NCBI GenBank assembly: GCA_964435785.1
Contig: CAYTAH010000002.1
Location: 11,438-75,437, forward strand
DNA length: 64,000 bases
From: an uncultured Phycisphaeraceae bacterium
GTDB lineage: Bacteria; Planctomycetota; Phycisphaerae; Phycisphaerales; UBA1924
Direction of reading: 5' to 3'
The translations under genes and the position numbers were made by a program. Position 1 is the first letter of the stretch. Every line of letters begins with the position of its first letter. The notes under the pieces are model-generated. The model was not told the DNA's origin and searched no databases. It saw only the letters and a program-made list of their open reading frames with translations. Positions 43,664 to 53,452 of this stretch are shown in pieces.

Positions 43664-44345
43664 GGTCGGGTCTCCCGGTCGCGGTGAGCCAAGGCTATCA
43701 CGGCCGACCCGTCGCGGGCACTTGGCCGAGCGACTGCGCGCCGCTCAGCGCCTCGCCGTCCCCGCCCGGGCTCCCCGGACCTCGTCTGCACGCTCTCGAC
43801 CGCGCGGAACCAACCTGCCTCGTCCGCGCCGGGGGGCGCCCGTCGTCCCGCACCAAATCTCCGGGACGGAGCACCGCCCGCGCTCGACACGGAACATGAG
43901 CCCGGGTAAGCGCCGCGTTGCAGGGGTTCGGCGCGAGGCTGTCGGCGGGCAGCGTCAACGTCAGGCTTCGTCCGGCGCAGCGGCCTCGGCGAAGACGGGG
44001 CGTGTGACGGTCCACTCGATGTCGCGAAGGGTCGGCGCTCGAGGCACCGCGGTCGGTACCCGAGCTGCTGCTCCGAGAAGGGCTCGTGCACGGCCACCCG
44101 GACCAAGGCTTCGCGCAGGGGCTCGGGCCACCGGGGGATCCTGGGTTCGGGTACCGGCCGGCGTTCATCTGGGCGATCTGGGGAGGTCGGGCAATGGGCC
44201 GGGCGACGGAAACGAGGGCGGTCTGGCATTTCGGACGTGAATCCTGCGCAGAACCCTTGCAGGCCGCAAAGCCTGCGTCATACTGCGTAGAAGAGCCAAC
44301 CGTAGAGAGAGTGCGCTCGCAGAGCGCTTTGAGAGAGGACCTTCC

Positions 44346-44882
44346 ATGAGCACTCGTGCTATCGCCATGACGGCCGGCCTGATCGCCCTGACCGCCGCGA
44401 CGGCCCAGGCGGATTTCATTCGTGAGGTCGCCACGGGGACATTCGAGGTCACGTCCGACGACGGCGTGACCCGCACGATGAGCCACGACCTGACGGTGAT
44501 CAGCGAGATCGGCGGCTGGGGGATTCTGACCATCGACGCCGACACCGAGCAGACGTTCCAGGCCGGGCCCGACCCGCTGACCGGCACCGCGACCTTCTAC
44601 GGCGCCACGCCGGACGACTTCATCGTGGTTTCTATGACCGGCGTGCTCGACAGCCAGGACGGACAGCCGAACTTCTCCTTCTCCGGCTTGTGGGAGACCA
44701 CAAGCACCGGCGGCGACTATGCCGGCCTGACCGGGAGCGGCGATTTCTCGGGATCCGGCTATTTCACCGACGCCGATTCGGGCATCATGGACATGATCTT
44801 CCAGGGTGACCTGGTCCCGACGCCCGCCACCGCGTCGCTGCTCGCGCTCGGCGGCCTCTTCGCCTCGCGCCGGCGCCGCTGA
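44346..44882 (+). CDS. PEP-CTERM sorting domain secreted protein
   Basis: Signal peptide 'MSTRAIAMTAGLIALTAATAQA'. C-terminal 'VPTPATASLLALGGLFASRRRR'. Confidence 0.75.
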   Translation: MSTRAIAMTAGLIALTAATAQADFIREVATGTFEVTSDDGVTRTMSHDLTVISEIGGWGILTIDADTEQTFQAGPDPLTGTATFYGATPDDFIVVSMTGVLDSQDGQPNFSFSGLWETTSTGGDYAGLTGSGDFSGSGYFTDADSGIMDMIFQGDLVPTPATASLLALGGLFASRRRR

Positions 44883-44912
44883 CGGACCCCGATGCAACCA
44901 GACATGTGCACC

Positions 44913-44936
44913 GGGCCGGATCCAGGGATCCGGCCC
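44913..44936. terminator. hairpin between convergent genes (bidirectional terminator candidate)
   Basis: GGGCCGGATC-CAGG-GATCCGGCCC, a 10-bp perfect stem. Confidence 0.5.
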
Positions 44937-44967
44937 GTTCTCGTTCGGCCCCGACCCGTCCGCCCGC

Positions 44968-45714
44968 TCATCGGCCGGGCACGAGCAGCGTGCGCAGCAT
45001 CGCCGCCATCCACCGGCGGCGCACGGGTGTGAGCATCGTCCCGAACGACACGCTCCGCTCGCCCTCGAGCACGATGTGGCGATCGGGCTTTCCGTTCGTC
45101 GTCGAGCCCGCGCGCTCGATGGAGACCGACCGGACCGCGCCGGCGTCGAAGCGGCGGGTCCAGCGCAGCGGGCCCACGCCGGTGCGCACGCGCCCCTCCG
45201 CGCCGCGGATTTCGACCTCGCACCTGCCGGCGATGCCCATCAGCGCGAGCGCCAGCGTGAGCAGGCCGATGAGCACGAAGGGCGTCATGAAGAGGAGCAT
45301 GAAGATCGACATGCCCAGCCCCATGCCGCTGGGGCCGGACATCGGGGGCGCCGGCCACCAGGGCGGCAGGCTCACGTTCAGCGCGCCGAGCAGGCCGGTG
45401 ATCGCGATCGCCACGAAGACCCAGGTGATCGAGTTCCAGAACGCCGTGAAGAAGAGCATGAAGCCGGCGAGCGCGGCGCTGCGGGTCGTGGCGCAGGCGA
45501 TGTAGCGGTCGCCGAGGTCGCGGAAGGACGCCCCGCTCGGGGGCTCGGTCGTCTCCAGGGGGGCGAGGGGCGTCTCGACGCCGTGCACCAGGGAGGCGTA
45601 GGTGTGCATCGTCCCGCACGCCCGGCAGAGGGCGGTGTCCTTCTCGACGCTGATGTCCTCGAGGGGGATCGGGGCGGAGCAGTCCGGGCAGATGGGCCTC
45701 ATGAGGCTTCCCAT
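44968..45714 (-). CDS. zinc-ribbon membrane protein, unknown
   Basis: 'CPDC...CRAC' N-terminal ribbon, then 3-4 TM helices, then a soluble tail. Start at 45714 or 45702. The ORF portion further upstream is AT-rich promoter DNA. Confidence 0.55.
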   Translation of the reverse strand: MGSLMRPICPDCSAPIPLEDISVEKDTALCRACGTMHTYASLVHGVETPLAPLETTEPPSGASFRDLGDRYIACATTRSAALAGFMLFFTAFWNSITWVFVAIAITGLLGALNVSLPPWWPAPPMSGPSGMGLGMSIFMLLFMTPFVLIGLLTLALALMGIAGRCEVEIRGAEGRVRTGVGPLRWTRRFDAGAVRSVSIERAGSTTNGKPDRHIVLEGERSVSFGTMLTPVRRRWMAAMLRTLLVPGR

Positions 45715-45758
45715 GCTACTGGCGTCCAGATTTGGATATTTTTCGTCACCTGGCGTCT

Positions 45759-45796
45759 CCCGAACGCTTGACATGCTGTTCGGGGTCTGATATCTT
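45759..45796 (+). promoter_or_regulatory. recA promoter (TTGACA-17-TATCTT) embedded in the CCCGAAC-N12-GTTCGGG palindrome
   Basis: -35 at 45768-45773 and -10 at 45791-45796. The 7-bp perfect inverted repeat sits at 45759-45765 and 45778-45784. Confidence 0.5.
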
Positions 45797-45937
45797 GCTT
45801 CCGCCGGGCACGCGACCAGCACCGCCCCCGGCCGGACCAGCCACAAGGGGTGGGGGTTCCGTCCTGTGCTGGGACCGGCGTCAGCGTCGGCCGGCTCGCT
45901 CCCGGCGTCCTGGCGCAGCACAGAAAGGATGGGCTTC

Positions 45938-47068
<1,131 letters not shown>

Positions 47069-47198
47069 TCCTCTGAGCCGGCGACTTCGGTCGCCTCTGG
47101 TGAGCCGTCGCGACAGCGCGAAGACCACCGGACGCGCGGGGGTCCACCAACCCGGGCTGGAAGCCGGGCTCTGAATCGGCTTGCTGCCGACGACCCGG

Positions 47199-47226
47199 TT
47201 GTCCCGGGCCCTTGCCGGGGGATAAT
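47199..47226 (+). promoter_or_regulatory. candidate tRNA promoter TTGTCC-16-GATAAT
   Basis: The -10 ends 14 nt before the tRNA 5' end. Confidence 0.3.
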
Positions 47227-47240
47227 CTGTCTCCCCCGCT

Positions 47241-47326
47241 GCGGACGTGGCGGAATTGGCAGACGCGCTAGGTTCAGGTCCTAGTGGGAGTAAAATCCCG
47301 TGGAGGTTCGACTCCTCTCGTCCGCA
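47241..47326 (+). tRNA. tRNA-Leu (anticodon CAG)
   Basis: Acceptor stem GCGGACG/CGTCCGC plus discriminator A. Anticodon stem CTAGG/CCTAG with loop TTCAGGT. Long variable arm. T-loop GGTTCGACTCC. Confidence 0.93.
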
Positions 47327-47335
47327 CTTTGACCC

Positions 47336-47373
47336 GCCGGCCCGGGCTCTCCCGGGCCGGCCGCGTTTTTCTT
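47336..47373 (+). terminator. rho-independent terminator after tRNA-Leu
   Basis: GCCGGCCCGGG-CTCT-CCCGGGCCGGC (11-bp perfect stem) followed by CGCGTTTTTCTT. Confidence 0.7.
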
Positions 47374-47421
47374 CATCCCCTATCCCTCCGCCCTCATCCC
47401 TTCCCACTATCCTCGCCCCCC

Positions 47422-48471
47422 ATGGGCCTGATCTACTGCGGCATCGACGAGGCGGGGTACGGGCCGTTGCTCGGGCCGCTGTGCGTCGGATTCGCCGCGT
47501 TCCGGGTGGCCGAATGGGACGCGAGGGCCGGAGCCCCGGACCTGTGGAAACTGCTCAACCGGGCCGTCTGCCGCGATGGTGGCGATAAGCGCCGGCGGAT
47601 CGCCGTGGCCGACTCGAAGAAGCTCAAGCTCTCCAACCAGCTCAAGACCAAGCACCCGCTGACGCACCTGGAGCGGGGGGTCCTGTCTTTTGCTGGCCTC
47701 GTGCGATCGATCGCGGAGGAGGGGGAGAAAGGCGATTCAAACCAGGAAGATGGCATCGAGGCATCGAGGCACCAAGGCATCGAGTCGTTGGAGAGCGACG
47801 CGAGCCTCTTCGCGGCGCTCGGCGTGAGGCTCGAGCCGCACGGGTGGTACGGGGGAGAGGCGGTGGGCCTTCCCCACGGGTGCACGGCGAAGCAGATCGC
47901 GATCGCGCGGAACAAGCTCGCGCTGGCGTGCGAGGCGGCCGGCGTCGAGCCGGCGGCGCTCGCGTGCATCGCGGTGGGGGAACGGGAGTTCAACGAGGTC
48001 GTGCGCACGGGCGGAAGCAAGGGGCACGTGACAGGCTACTGCTTCGCACGCTACCTGCGACGCGTGATCGAGCGGTGGGGGAGCGGCCCCGACGAGGTGC
48101 GCGTCGTGTGCGACAGCCACGGCGGGCGCACGTGCTACACCGGCATGATCGAGGCCGCGCTCCGCGGCACGGGCCTGGCTATCGAGACGCTCGAGGAGAG
48201 CGATCGCTGCAGCCGCTACCGCGTGGGCGAGCGCGTCGGCCTGCTCTTCCGGCCGGAGGCCGAGGACGCCCACCTGCCGGTGGCCCTCGCCTCGATGACC
48301 GCCAAGCTCGTCCGCGAGCTGGCCATGGCCCGCTTCAACCGCTACTGGTGCACGCGCATGCCGGAGTTGAAGCCGACTGCGGGTTACACGCTCGACGCCC
48401 GCCGCTGGCTCAACGACGCGAACGCTATCGTGCACGAAGACGAGCGCGAGGTGATGGTGCGGATGGCGTGA
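47422..48471 (+). CDS. divergent RNase HII-family (type 2 RNase H-like) protein
   Basis: N-terminal 'YCGIDEAGYGPLLGPL' matches the RNase HII DEAG.G active-site motif. C-terminal 'VALASMTAK..RE..M..F'. The rest is divergent and carries an insertion. Confidence 0.65.
   Translation: MGLIYCGIDEAGYGPLLGPLCVGFAAFRVAEWDARAGAPDLWKLLNRAVCRDGGDKRRRIAVADSKKLKLSNQLKTKHPLTHLERGVLSFAGLVRSIAEEGEKGDSNQEDGIEASRHQGIESLESDASLFAALGVRLEPHGWYGGEAVGLPHGCTAKQIAIARNKLALACEAAGVEPAALACIAVGEREFNEVVRTGGSKGHVTGYCFARYLRRVIERWGSGPDEVRVVCDSHGGRTCYTGMIEAALRGTGLAIETLEESDRCSRYRVGERVGLLFRPEAEDAHLPVALASMTAKLVRELAMARFNRYWCTRMPELKPTAGYTLDARRWLNDANAIVHEDEREVMVRMA
47753..47784 (+). repeat. four tandem octamers GCATCGAG / GCATCGAG / GCACCAAG / GCATCGAG inside a CDS
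   Basis: Read directly from the sequence. It lies in a locally lower-GC insertion encoding 'EDGIEASRHQGIES'. Confidence 0.7.
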
Positions 48472-48521
48472 TCCCGCGCCGTCCTTGCCCTGCGACGATC
48501 GCTCTACGCTTCACTCGCTCG

Positions 48522-49634
48522 ATGCATGAAGCCCAGAACATCCTCGATCTTGCGGCGAGATCCGCCCTCCGAGCCGCCGGCGACGTCGAGCCCAACCCCC
48601 TCGTCGGGGCCGCGATCGTGCGCGACGGCGTCGTCATCGGCCTCGGCCACCACCGCCGCTTCGGCGGCCTCCACGCCGAGCGCGAGGCCCTCGCCGACTG
48701 CCGCCGTCGCGGGCAGGATCCGCGCGGGGCGACTGTCTACGTCACCCTCGAGCCCTGCTCCCACTACGGCAAGCAGCCCCCCTGCACCGACGCGCTCATC
48801 GAGGCGGGCGTCGCCCGCGTCACCTACGCCCGGCGGGATCCGCACGAGGTCTCCTGCGGCGGGGCGGAAGTCCTCCGGCGGGCCGGCATCCCCTGCGACC
48901 TCTCGACCGATTCGCCCCTCGCCACGCACCTGAGCGACCCATTCGTCAAGAGGGTCACCACCGGCCTGCCCTGGGTGATCGCCAAGTGGGCCCAGACCTG
49001 CGATGGGCGGATGACCACCGGCTCCGACGAGCCCCGCTGGATCTCCAACGAGCTGTCACGTCTGCGGGTGCACCGGCTGCGGGCCCGCGTGGACGCGATC
49101 GTGACGGGCATTGGGACCCTTCTCGCGGACGATCCCCTCCTCACCGCCCGGGGTGTGCGGCGCGTACGCCGGCTCGCCCGCAGAGTGGTGCTCGACCCGC
49201 GGGGCGAGATGCCCGCGCCCTGCCGGATGGTCTGGAGCCCGGGCGGCGGGCCGGTCGTCGTGGTGCGGGCGGACGGCGCCCCCGCGCCCCCCCTGCCCGC
49301 CGACCTCTCCCCGGCCGGGGCGGCGAGGGTGGAGGCCGTGAGCGCCCCCGGAACGGGTGACCGGCTTGATCTGGAGGCCGTCCTCCGCCTGCTGGCGGCC
49401 CGTTTCGACGCGACCAACGCCATGCTCGAGTGCGGGCCCCGCCTGCTCGGGGCGTTCTTCGACGCCGGCCTCGTGGACGAGGCGCTGGTGTACGTCGGGC
49501 CCGGGGCTCGGTCCCGCTCGGCCGCATCGGACGCGCCGGGATCTGACGCGTTGCGGGGGCTGGCGCTCGTCCGCAAGAAGCCCCTGCGGGGCGACGCCGA
49601 GCTGTGGTACCGGCGGGCCCAAGTGCGGCGATGA
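48522..49634 (+). CDS. ribD: bifunctional riboflavin biosynthesis deaminase/reductase
   Basis: Deaminase 'HAEREAL' and 'LEPCSHYGKQPPC'. Reductase 'KWAQTCDGR' and 'D.LL..RG'. Confidence 0.9.
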   Translation: MHEAQNILDLAARSALRAAGDVEPNPLVGAAIVRDGVVIGLGHHRRFGGLHAEREALADCRRRGQDPRGATVYVTLEPCSHYGKQPPCTDALIEAGVARVTYARRDPHEVSCGGAEVLRRAGIPCDLSTDSPLATHLSDPFVKRVTTGLPWVIAKWAQTCDGRMTTGSDEPRWISNELSRLRVHRLRARVDAIVTGIGTLLADDPLLTARGVRRVRRLARRVVLDPRGEMPAPCRMVWSPGGGPVVVVRADGAPAPPLPADLSPAGAARVEAVSAPGTGDRLDLEAVLRLLAARFDATNAMLECGPRLLGAFFDAGLVDEALVYVGPGARSRSAASDAPGSDALRGLALVRKKPLRGDAELWYRRAQVRR

Positions 49635-49674
49635 GCCCGCCGCTCTACCCTCATGCGTCCCCGCGCGAGGGACC

Positions 49675-50949
49675 ATGAAGGGGAGGCGCTCCATGCGACG
49701 CATCGCTACCGCGGCTCTGTCCGTGACCATTGCAGCGGCGGCCGCCGCGCAACCGGTTGACGAGGTGCTCCGCAGGTCGTTCGCGGCGGAGATCGGGGAT
49801 GGGACGCTGCTGGCCACGGAGCGGGCGCTCGAGGGCGTGCTCGCCGACTCGCCCCAGAGCGACGAGGCGCTTGCGGCGATCGGGGTCGTGCGTTTCCTCC
49901 GCTCCGGCGAGCGGATCCTCCAACGGATGTACCGGCACGGCGCCTTCAACCTCCCTGTCCAGGCCTCGATGATCGCGGGCGTGGGCGGTGGGGGCGGCCA
50001 GACGATCGCGTACAACAGCGATCCGCAGCCCATCACCTACGAGGAGTTCAGGTCGGCGTTCGAGGAGTGGATCGAGGACGTCGCCCGCGCCGACGCGGCC
50101 CTCGCGCAGGTCCGCGACCAGGAGCTCAAGGTCCGCATCCCGGTCGGGCTCGCCCGCCTCGACCTCAACGCCGACGGCCGGGCCGACGAGCGGGAGCAGC
50201 TCTGGCGGCTCTTCACCGCGGTGCAGCAGCGGTTCAATCCCACGCAGGAGAGCGCGGAGGCGTTCGAGATCGCGTTCGACCGGGGCGACGTCGCGTGGCT
50301 CCGGGGCTACTGCCACCTGTGCATGGCCGCGGGGGAGATCGTGCTCGCGCACGACACTCGCGACCTCTTTGAACGGGCCGGCCACCTGTTCTTCGCGCGC
50401 AACGAAACCCCGTACGAGTTTCTGAAGGGCTCGCGCAGGGTCTTCGACGCCTCCGGTCTCGACGGCGCGGACATCGTCGCCTTTCTCCACCTGCTGAGCT
50501 TCGACGTCGTCGAGCCCGAGAGGCTGGGCCAGGCCCGCGTGCATCTGCTCACCACGATCGACCTGGCCAAGGACATGTGGCGCTGGTATGACGCCGAGAC
50601 CGACGACGACCGTGAGTGGATCCCGAGCCCCGCGCAGCGGGACGCCGCGATCCCCGGCGCCGAGATCACCCCCGAGATGCGCGAGGCGTGGCTCCGTGCT
50701 CTCGACGAGGGCAGGGCGCTCCTGCTCGGCGAGAAGCTCTTGAGATTCTGGCGCGGCGAGGGCGAGCGCGGCGTGAATATCCGGCGGGTCCTCCAGGAAC
50801 CCCGGCGCCTGGATCTCGTGCTCTGGGTGCAGGGATCCGCGGCGGCCCCATACCTCGAGGAGGGCGAGTTCACCTCCGACGGCCTCTGGGCCGACCTCGA
50901 CGAGGCGTTCGACCACGGCGTGTTCCGCTACATGTGGTGGATGAACTGA
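49675..50949 (+). CDS. secreted hypothetical protein
   Basis: Signal peptide 'MKGRRSMRRIATAALSVTIAAAAAAQP'. High GC3. No family recognised. An alternative start exists at 49693. Confidence 0.55.
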   Translation: MKGRRSMRRIATAALSVTIAAAAAAQPVDEVLRRSFAAEIGDGTLLATERALEGVLADSPQSDEALAAIGVVRFLRSGERILQRMYRHGAFNLPVQASMIAGVGGGGGQTIAYNSDPQPITYEEFRSAFEEWIEDVARADAALAQVRDQELKVRIPVGLARLDLNADGRADEREQLWRLFTAVQQRFNPTQESAEAFEIAFDRGDVAWLRGYCHLCMAAGEIVLAHDTRDLFERAGHLFFARNETPYEFLKGSRRVFDASGLDGADIVAFLHLLSFDVVEPERLGQARVHLLTTIDLAKDMWRWYDAETDDDREWIPSPAQRDAAIPGAEITPEMREAWLRALDEGRALLLGEKLLRFWRGEGERGVNIRRVLQEPRRLDLVLWVQGSAAAPYLEEGEFTSDGLWADLDEAFDHGVFRYMWWMN

Positions 50950-50957
50950 GCGGGCCG

Positions 50958-52160
50958 TCAGCCCGCCCCCGACGGTCGCCGGTAGAAGGCGAGACCCTCC
51001 TGCACCGTCGCCGCGATCTCCACGCCCTCCGCGGCGACGGACAGGCGCGTCCCGGGTGCGCTCTGCGCGAACCGCACCATCGCGAAGCAGATCGGCGCCG
51101 AGCCCAGCATTGGGCTGATGGTCGATGAGGTCACGCGCCCGCAGGACTTGCCCGAACCGGGCGCGTCGAAGACCTCCGCCCCGGAGATCGGCTGCGGGAG
51201 GTTGGGGTCGGAGTCCCCCTCGAATCGGAGCGCCACCAGCCGCTGCTTGGGGTGCCCCAGCGACTCCATTCGGGCCACGATCTCCTGCCCGAGATAGCAC
51301 CCCTTCTTGAAGGAGACGCGGTCGCGCAGCACACCGGTCTCGTGGGGCAGGTTCTCCTCGCTGAAGTCGATGTTGTAGAGCGGCGTCCCAGCCTCGATGC
51401 GGGCGATGTTGTACGCGTGCCAGCCCGCGGGGCGCAGGCGCCCGCGTGCGCCCGGGCCCGCGGGCTCGCCGTCCTGCCTCTCCGCGCCGGCCTCCAGCAG
51501 CGCGCCGTAGATGTCGCCCACGGCTTCCGCCGCGCAGGTGAGCTCGAGGCCGACCTCGGCGCAGGCGTCGTCGCGCTCCACGAGCGCGGCGTGGCCGCCG
51601 AGCCGGACGAGGCACGCCTGGCCGTGCGCAAGGCCGGCGAGGGGCGGCCCGTCGGCGGGCTCGCAGATGGAGGAGGCCAGCGGCAGCGTCGCGGGCCCGT
51701 GCAACGCGATGCGGTGCAGCGGCTCCGAGGCGTCCTCGAGGGAGATGTCCTCCGAGAAGACGTAGCTCCGGAGCGACTCGATCGTGCGGGCGGCTGCGTG
51801 GACATCGAGGTCGAATCGCAGGTGGTCCTCGAGCAGGGTGACGCGGAGGTCGGCCTCGATCCGTCCCTTGCGGTTGAGCCAGAAGCCGTGGCGCGACCGC
51901 CACGGGACGAGGTCCTTGAGCTCCTGGGTGATCATGCGGTTGAGGAAGCTCACGCGATCTTCGCCGCGCACGACGATCGTGCCTCGCTGGGGGAGGTCGA
52001 GCAGCGCGCAGCCCTTGCGGATCGCGGCGTACTCGAGCTCGAGGGCCCCGAAGGAGGCGACGACCTCCGCGGCCCGCCCGGTGCCGCCGGGATCGGCGTA
52101 GGGGAGCGTCGAAGCGCCCCGCCCGAGATGGGCCTCGAGGAGCGGGCTGCGGAGGGTCAT
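50958..52160 (-). CDS. ygfZ: folate-binding GcvT-like protein (YgfZ/CAF17 family)
   Basis: 'KGCYLGQEIVARM' signature and an aminomethyltransferase-like N-terminal fold. Confidence 0.82.
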   Translation of the reverse strand: MTLRSPLLEAHLGRGASTLPYADPGGTGRAAEVVASFGALELEYAAIRKGCALLDLPQRGTIVVRGEDRVSFLNRMITQELKDLVPWRSRHGFWLNRKGRIEADLRVTLLEDHLRFDLDVHAAARTIESLRSYVFSEDISLEDASEPLHRIALHGPATLPLASSICEPADGPPLAGLAHGQACLVRLGGHAALVERDDACAEVGLELTCAAEAVGDIYGALLEAGAERQDGEPAGPGARGRLRPAGWHAYNIARIEAGTPLYNIDFSEENLPHETGVLRDRVSFKKGCYLGQEIVARMESLGHPKQRLVALRFEGDSDPNLPQPISGAEVFDAPGSGKSCGRVTSSTISPMLGSAPICFAMVRFAQSAPGTRLSVAAEGVEIAATVQEGLAFYRRPSGAG

Positions 52161-52258
52161 GGGGCATCCTATGGAGGCCCCGTCGCGTCGGTCGGGCTAG
52201 GCTCGTGTTCCCCCGCCGAGCGGGCGGGTCTCGACGTAGTCAGAAAGGACGAGGGAAG

Positions 52259-53344
52259 ATGGCCAAGAAGAGCGGCAAGGGGGCGGCGGACGGGGTCAAC
52301 ATCGAACTTCTCAAACGTCTGTGCGAGACACCGGGCGTGCCCGGCCGGGAGGAGCGGGTGCGCGCTCTCATCGAGAAGGAGGTCAAGGGCCTCTTCGACG
52401 AGGTCGAGACCGACCCCATGGGCTCCCTGATCTGCACGCGGGGCTCGCGGAACGGCAAGAAGGGCGCCACGCGCGTCATGCTCCTGTGCCACATGGATGA
52501 AATCGGCTTCTACGTCTCGCATATCAACGACAAGGGGTTCATCTTCGTGGACCCCGCCGGCGGGTTCGACCCGCGCAACCTTTTCTCCCGGCGTGTGCTC
52601 GTCTGCACCGCCAACGGGGACTACCCCGGCGTGATGAACCCCGGCGGCCGGCCCATCCACATCTCCTCGCAGGAGGAGCGGACGAAGGTGCCCGAGGTGA
52701 AGGAGTTCTTCGTCGACATCGGGATGACGGCGGACGATGTCAAGAAGAAGGTGCGCGTCGGCGACTTTGTCGTGATGAACGAGCCTGCGATCGAGATGGG
52801 CGAGAAGTTCGTCAGCAAGGCGCTGGACAACCGCGTGGCCTGCTGGCTCGGCATCGAGTCGGTCCGCGCCCTGGCAGATCTCAACGAGGACCACGCGTGC
52901 GAGGTCGTGGTGGCTTTCACGACGCAGGAGGAGGTGGGCCTGCGCGGGGCGAGGACGGCCAGCTACAAGGTGCGTCCCGACATCGGCCTCGGCATCGACG
53001 TGACCCTGAGCTGCGACACGCCGGGCGTGCCGGAGCAGGAGGCGGTGACGCGCCAGGGCGAGGGCTTCGGTCTGCACGTCAAGGACAGCTCCTTCATCGC
53101 CGACCACAGGCTTGTGGACGAGATCGAGGAGGTGGCGAAGAAGCACAAGATCGCCTACCAGCGGACCATCCTCCGCGCCGGCGGGCAGGACGGGGCCGCC
53201 GCCCAGCAGGCCGCCGCGGGCGCACGCGCCGTCGGCATCACCGTGGGCACGCGCTACATCCACACCGTGACGGAGATGATCGACAAGCGGGACCTCGCCG
53301 CGGCCCGCGACGTCCTCGCCCGGTATCTCGCCGAGGTGAAGTAG
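52259..53344 (+). CDS. M42 family metallopeptidase (glutamyl aminopeptidase/CelM-like)
   Basis: 'LLKRLCETPGVPGREERV', 'HMDEIGF', 'ALDNRV', 'QEEVGLRGA' and 'R.IHT..E'. Confidence 0.88.
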   Translation: MAKKSGKGAADGVNIELLKRLCETPGVPGREERVRALIEKEVKGLFDEVETDPMGSLICTRGSRNGKKGATRVMLLCHMDEIGFYVSHINDKGFIFVDPAGGFDPRNLFSRRVLVCTANGDYPGVMNPGGRPIHISSQEERTKVPEVKEFFVDIGMTADDVKKKVRVGDFVVMNEPAIEMGEKFVSKALDNRVACWLGIESVRALADLNEDHACEVVVAFTTQEEVGLRGARTASYKVRPDIGLGIDVTLSCDTPGVPEQEAVTRQGEGFGLHVKDSSFIADHRLVDEIEEVAKKHKIAYQRTILRAGGQDGAAAQQAAAGARAVGITVGTRYIHTVTEMIDKRDLAAARDVLARYLAEVK

Positions 53345-53392
53345 CCCGCGCCCCGGTGCAGAAGTGAGGCCGGCGCATCCGCCAGAAACAGG

Positions 53393-53430
53393 AGCCCCGG
53401 GGCGGGCGCGCCCCGGGGCTTTCTCTCTCT
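53393..53430. terminator. bidirectional terminator between convergent genes
   Basis: AGCCCCGGGGCG-GGCG-CGCCCCGGGGCT (12-bp perfect stem) followed by TTCTCTCTCT. Confidence 0.6.
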
Positions 53431-53452
53431 GCTGCGTCCGGATTCCCTCTCC

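Noticed and set aside
43629-44240. 203-aa plus-strand ORF in the long gap, considered as a possible real gene.
   Set aside because: It is Arg/Pro/Ala-dominated, with no RBS, motif or hydrophobic core. I treat it as non-coding, and the gap itself is reported as a finding.
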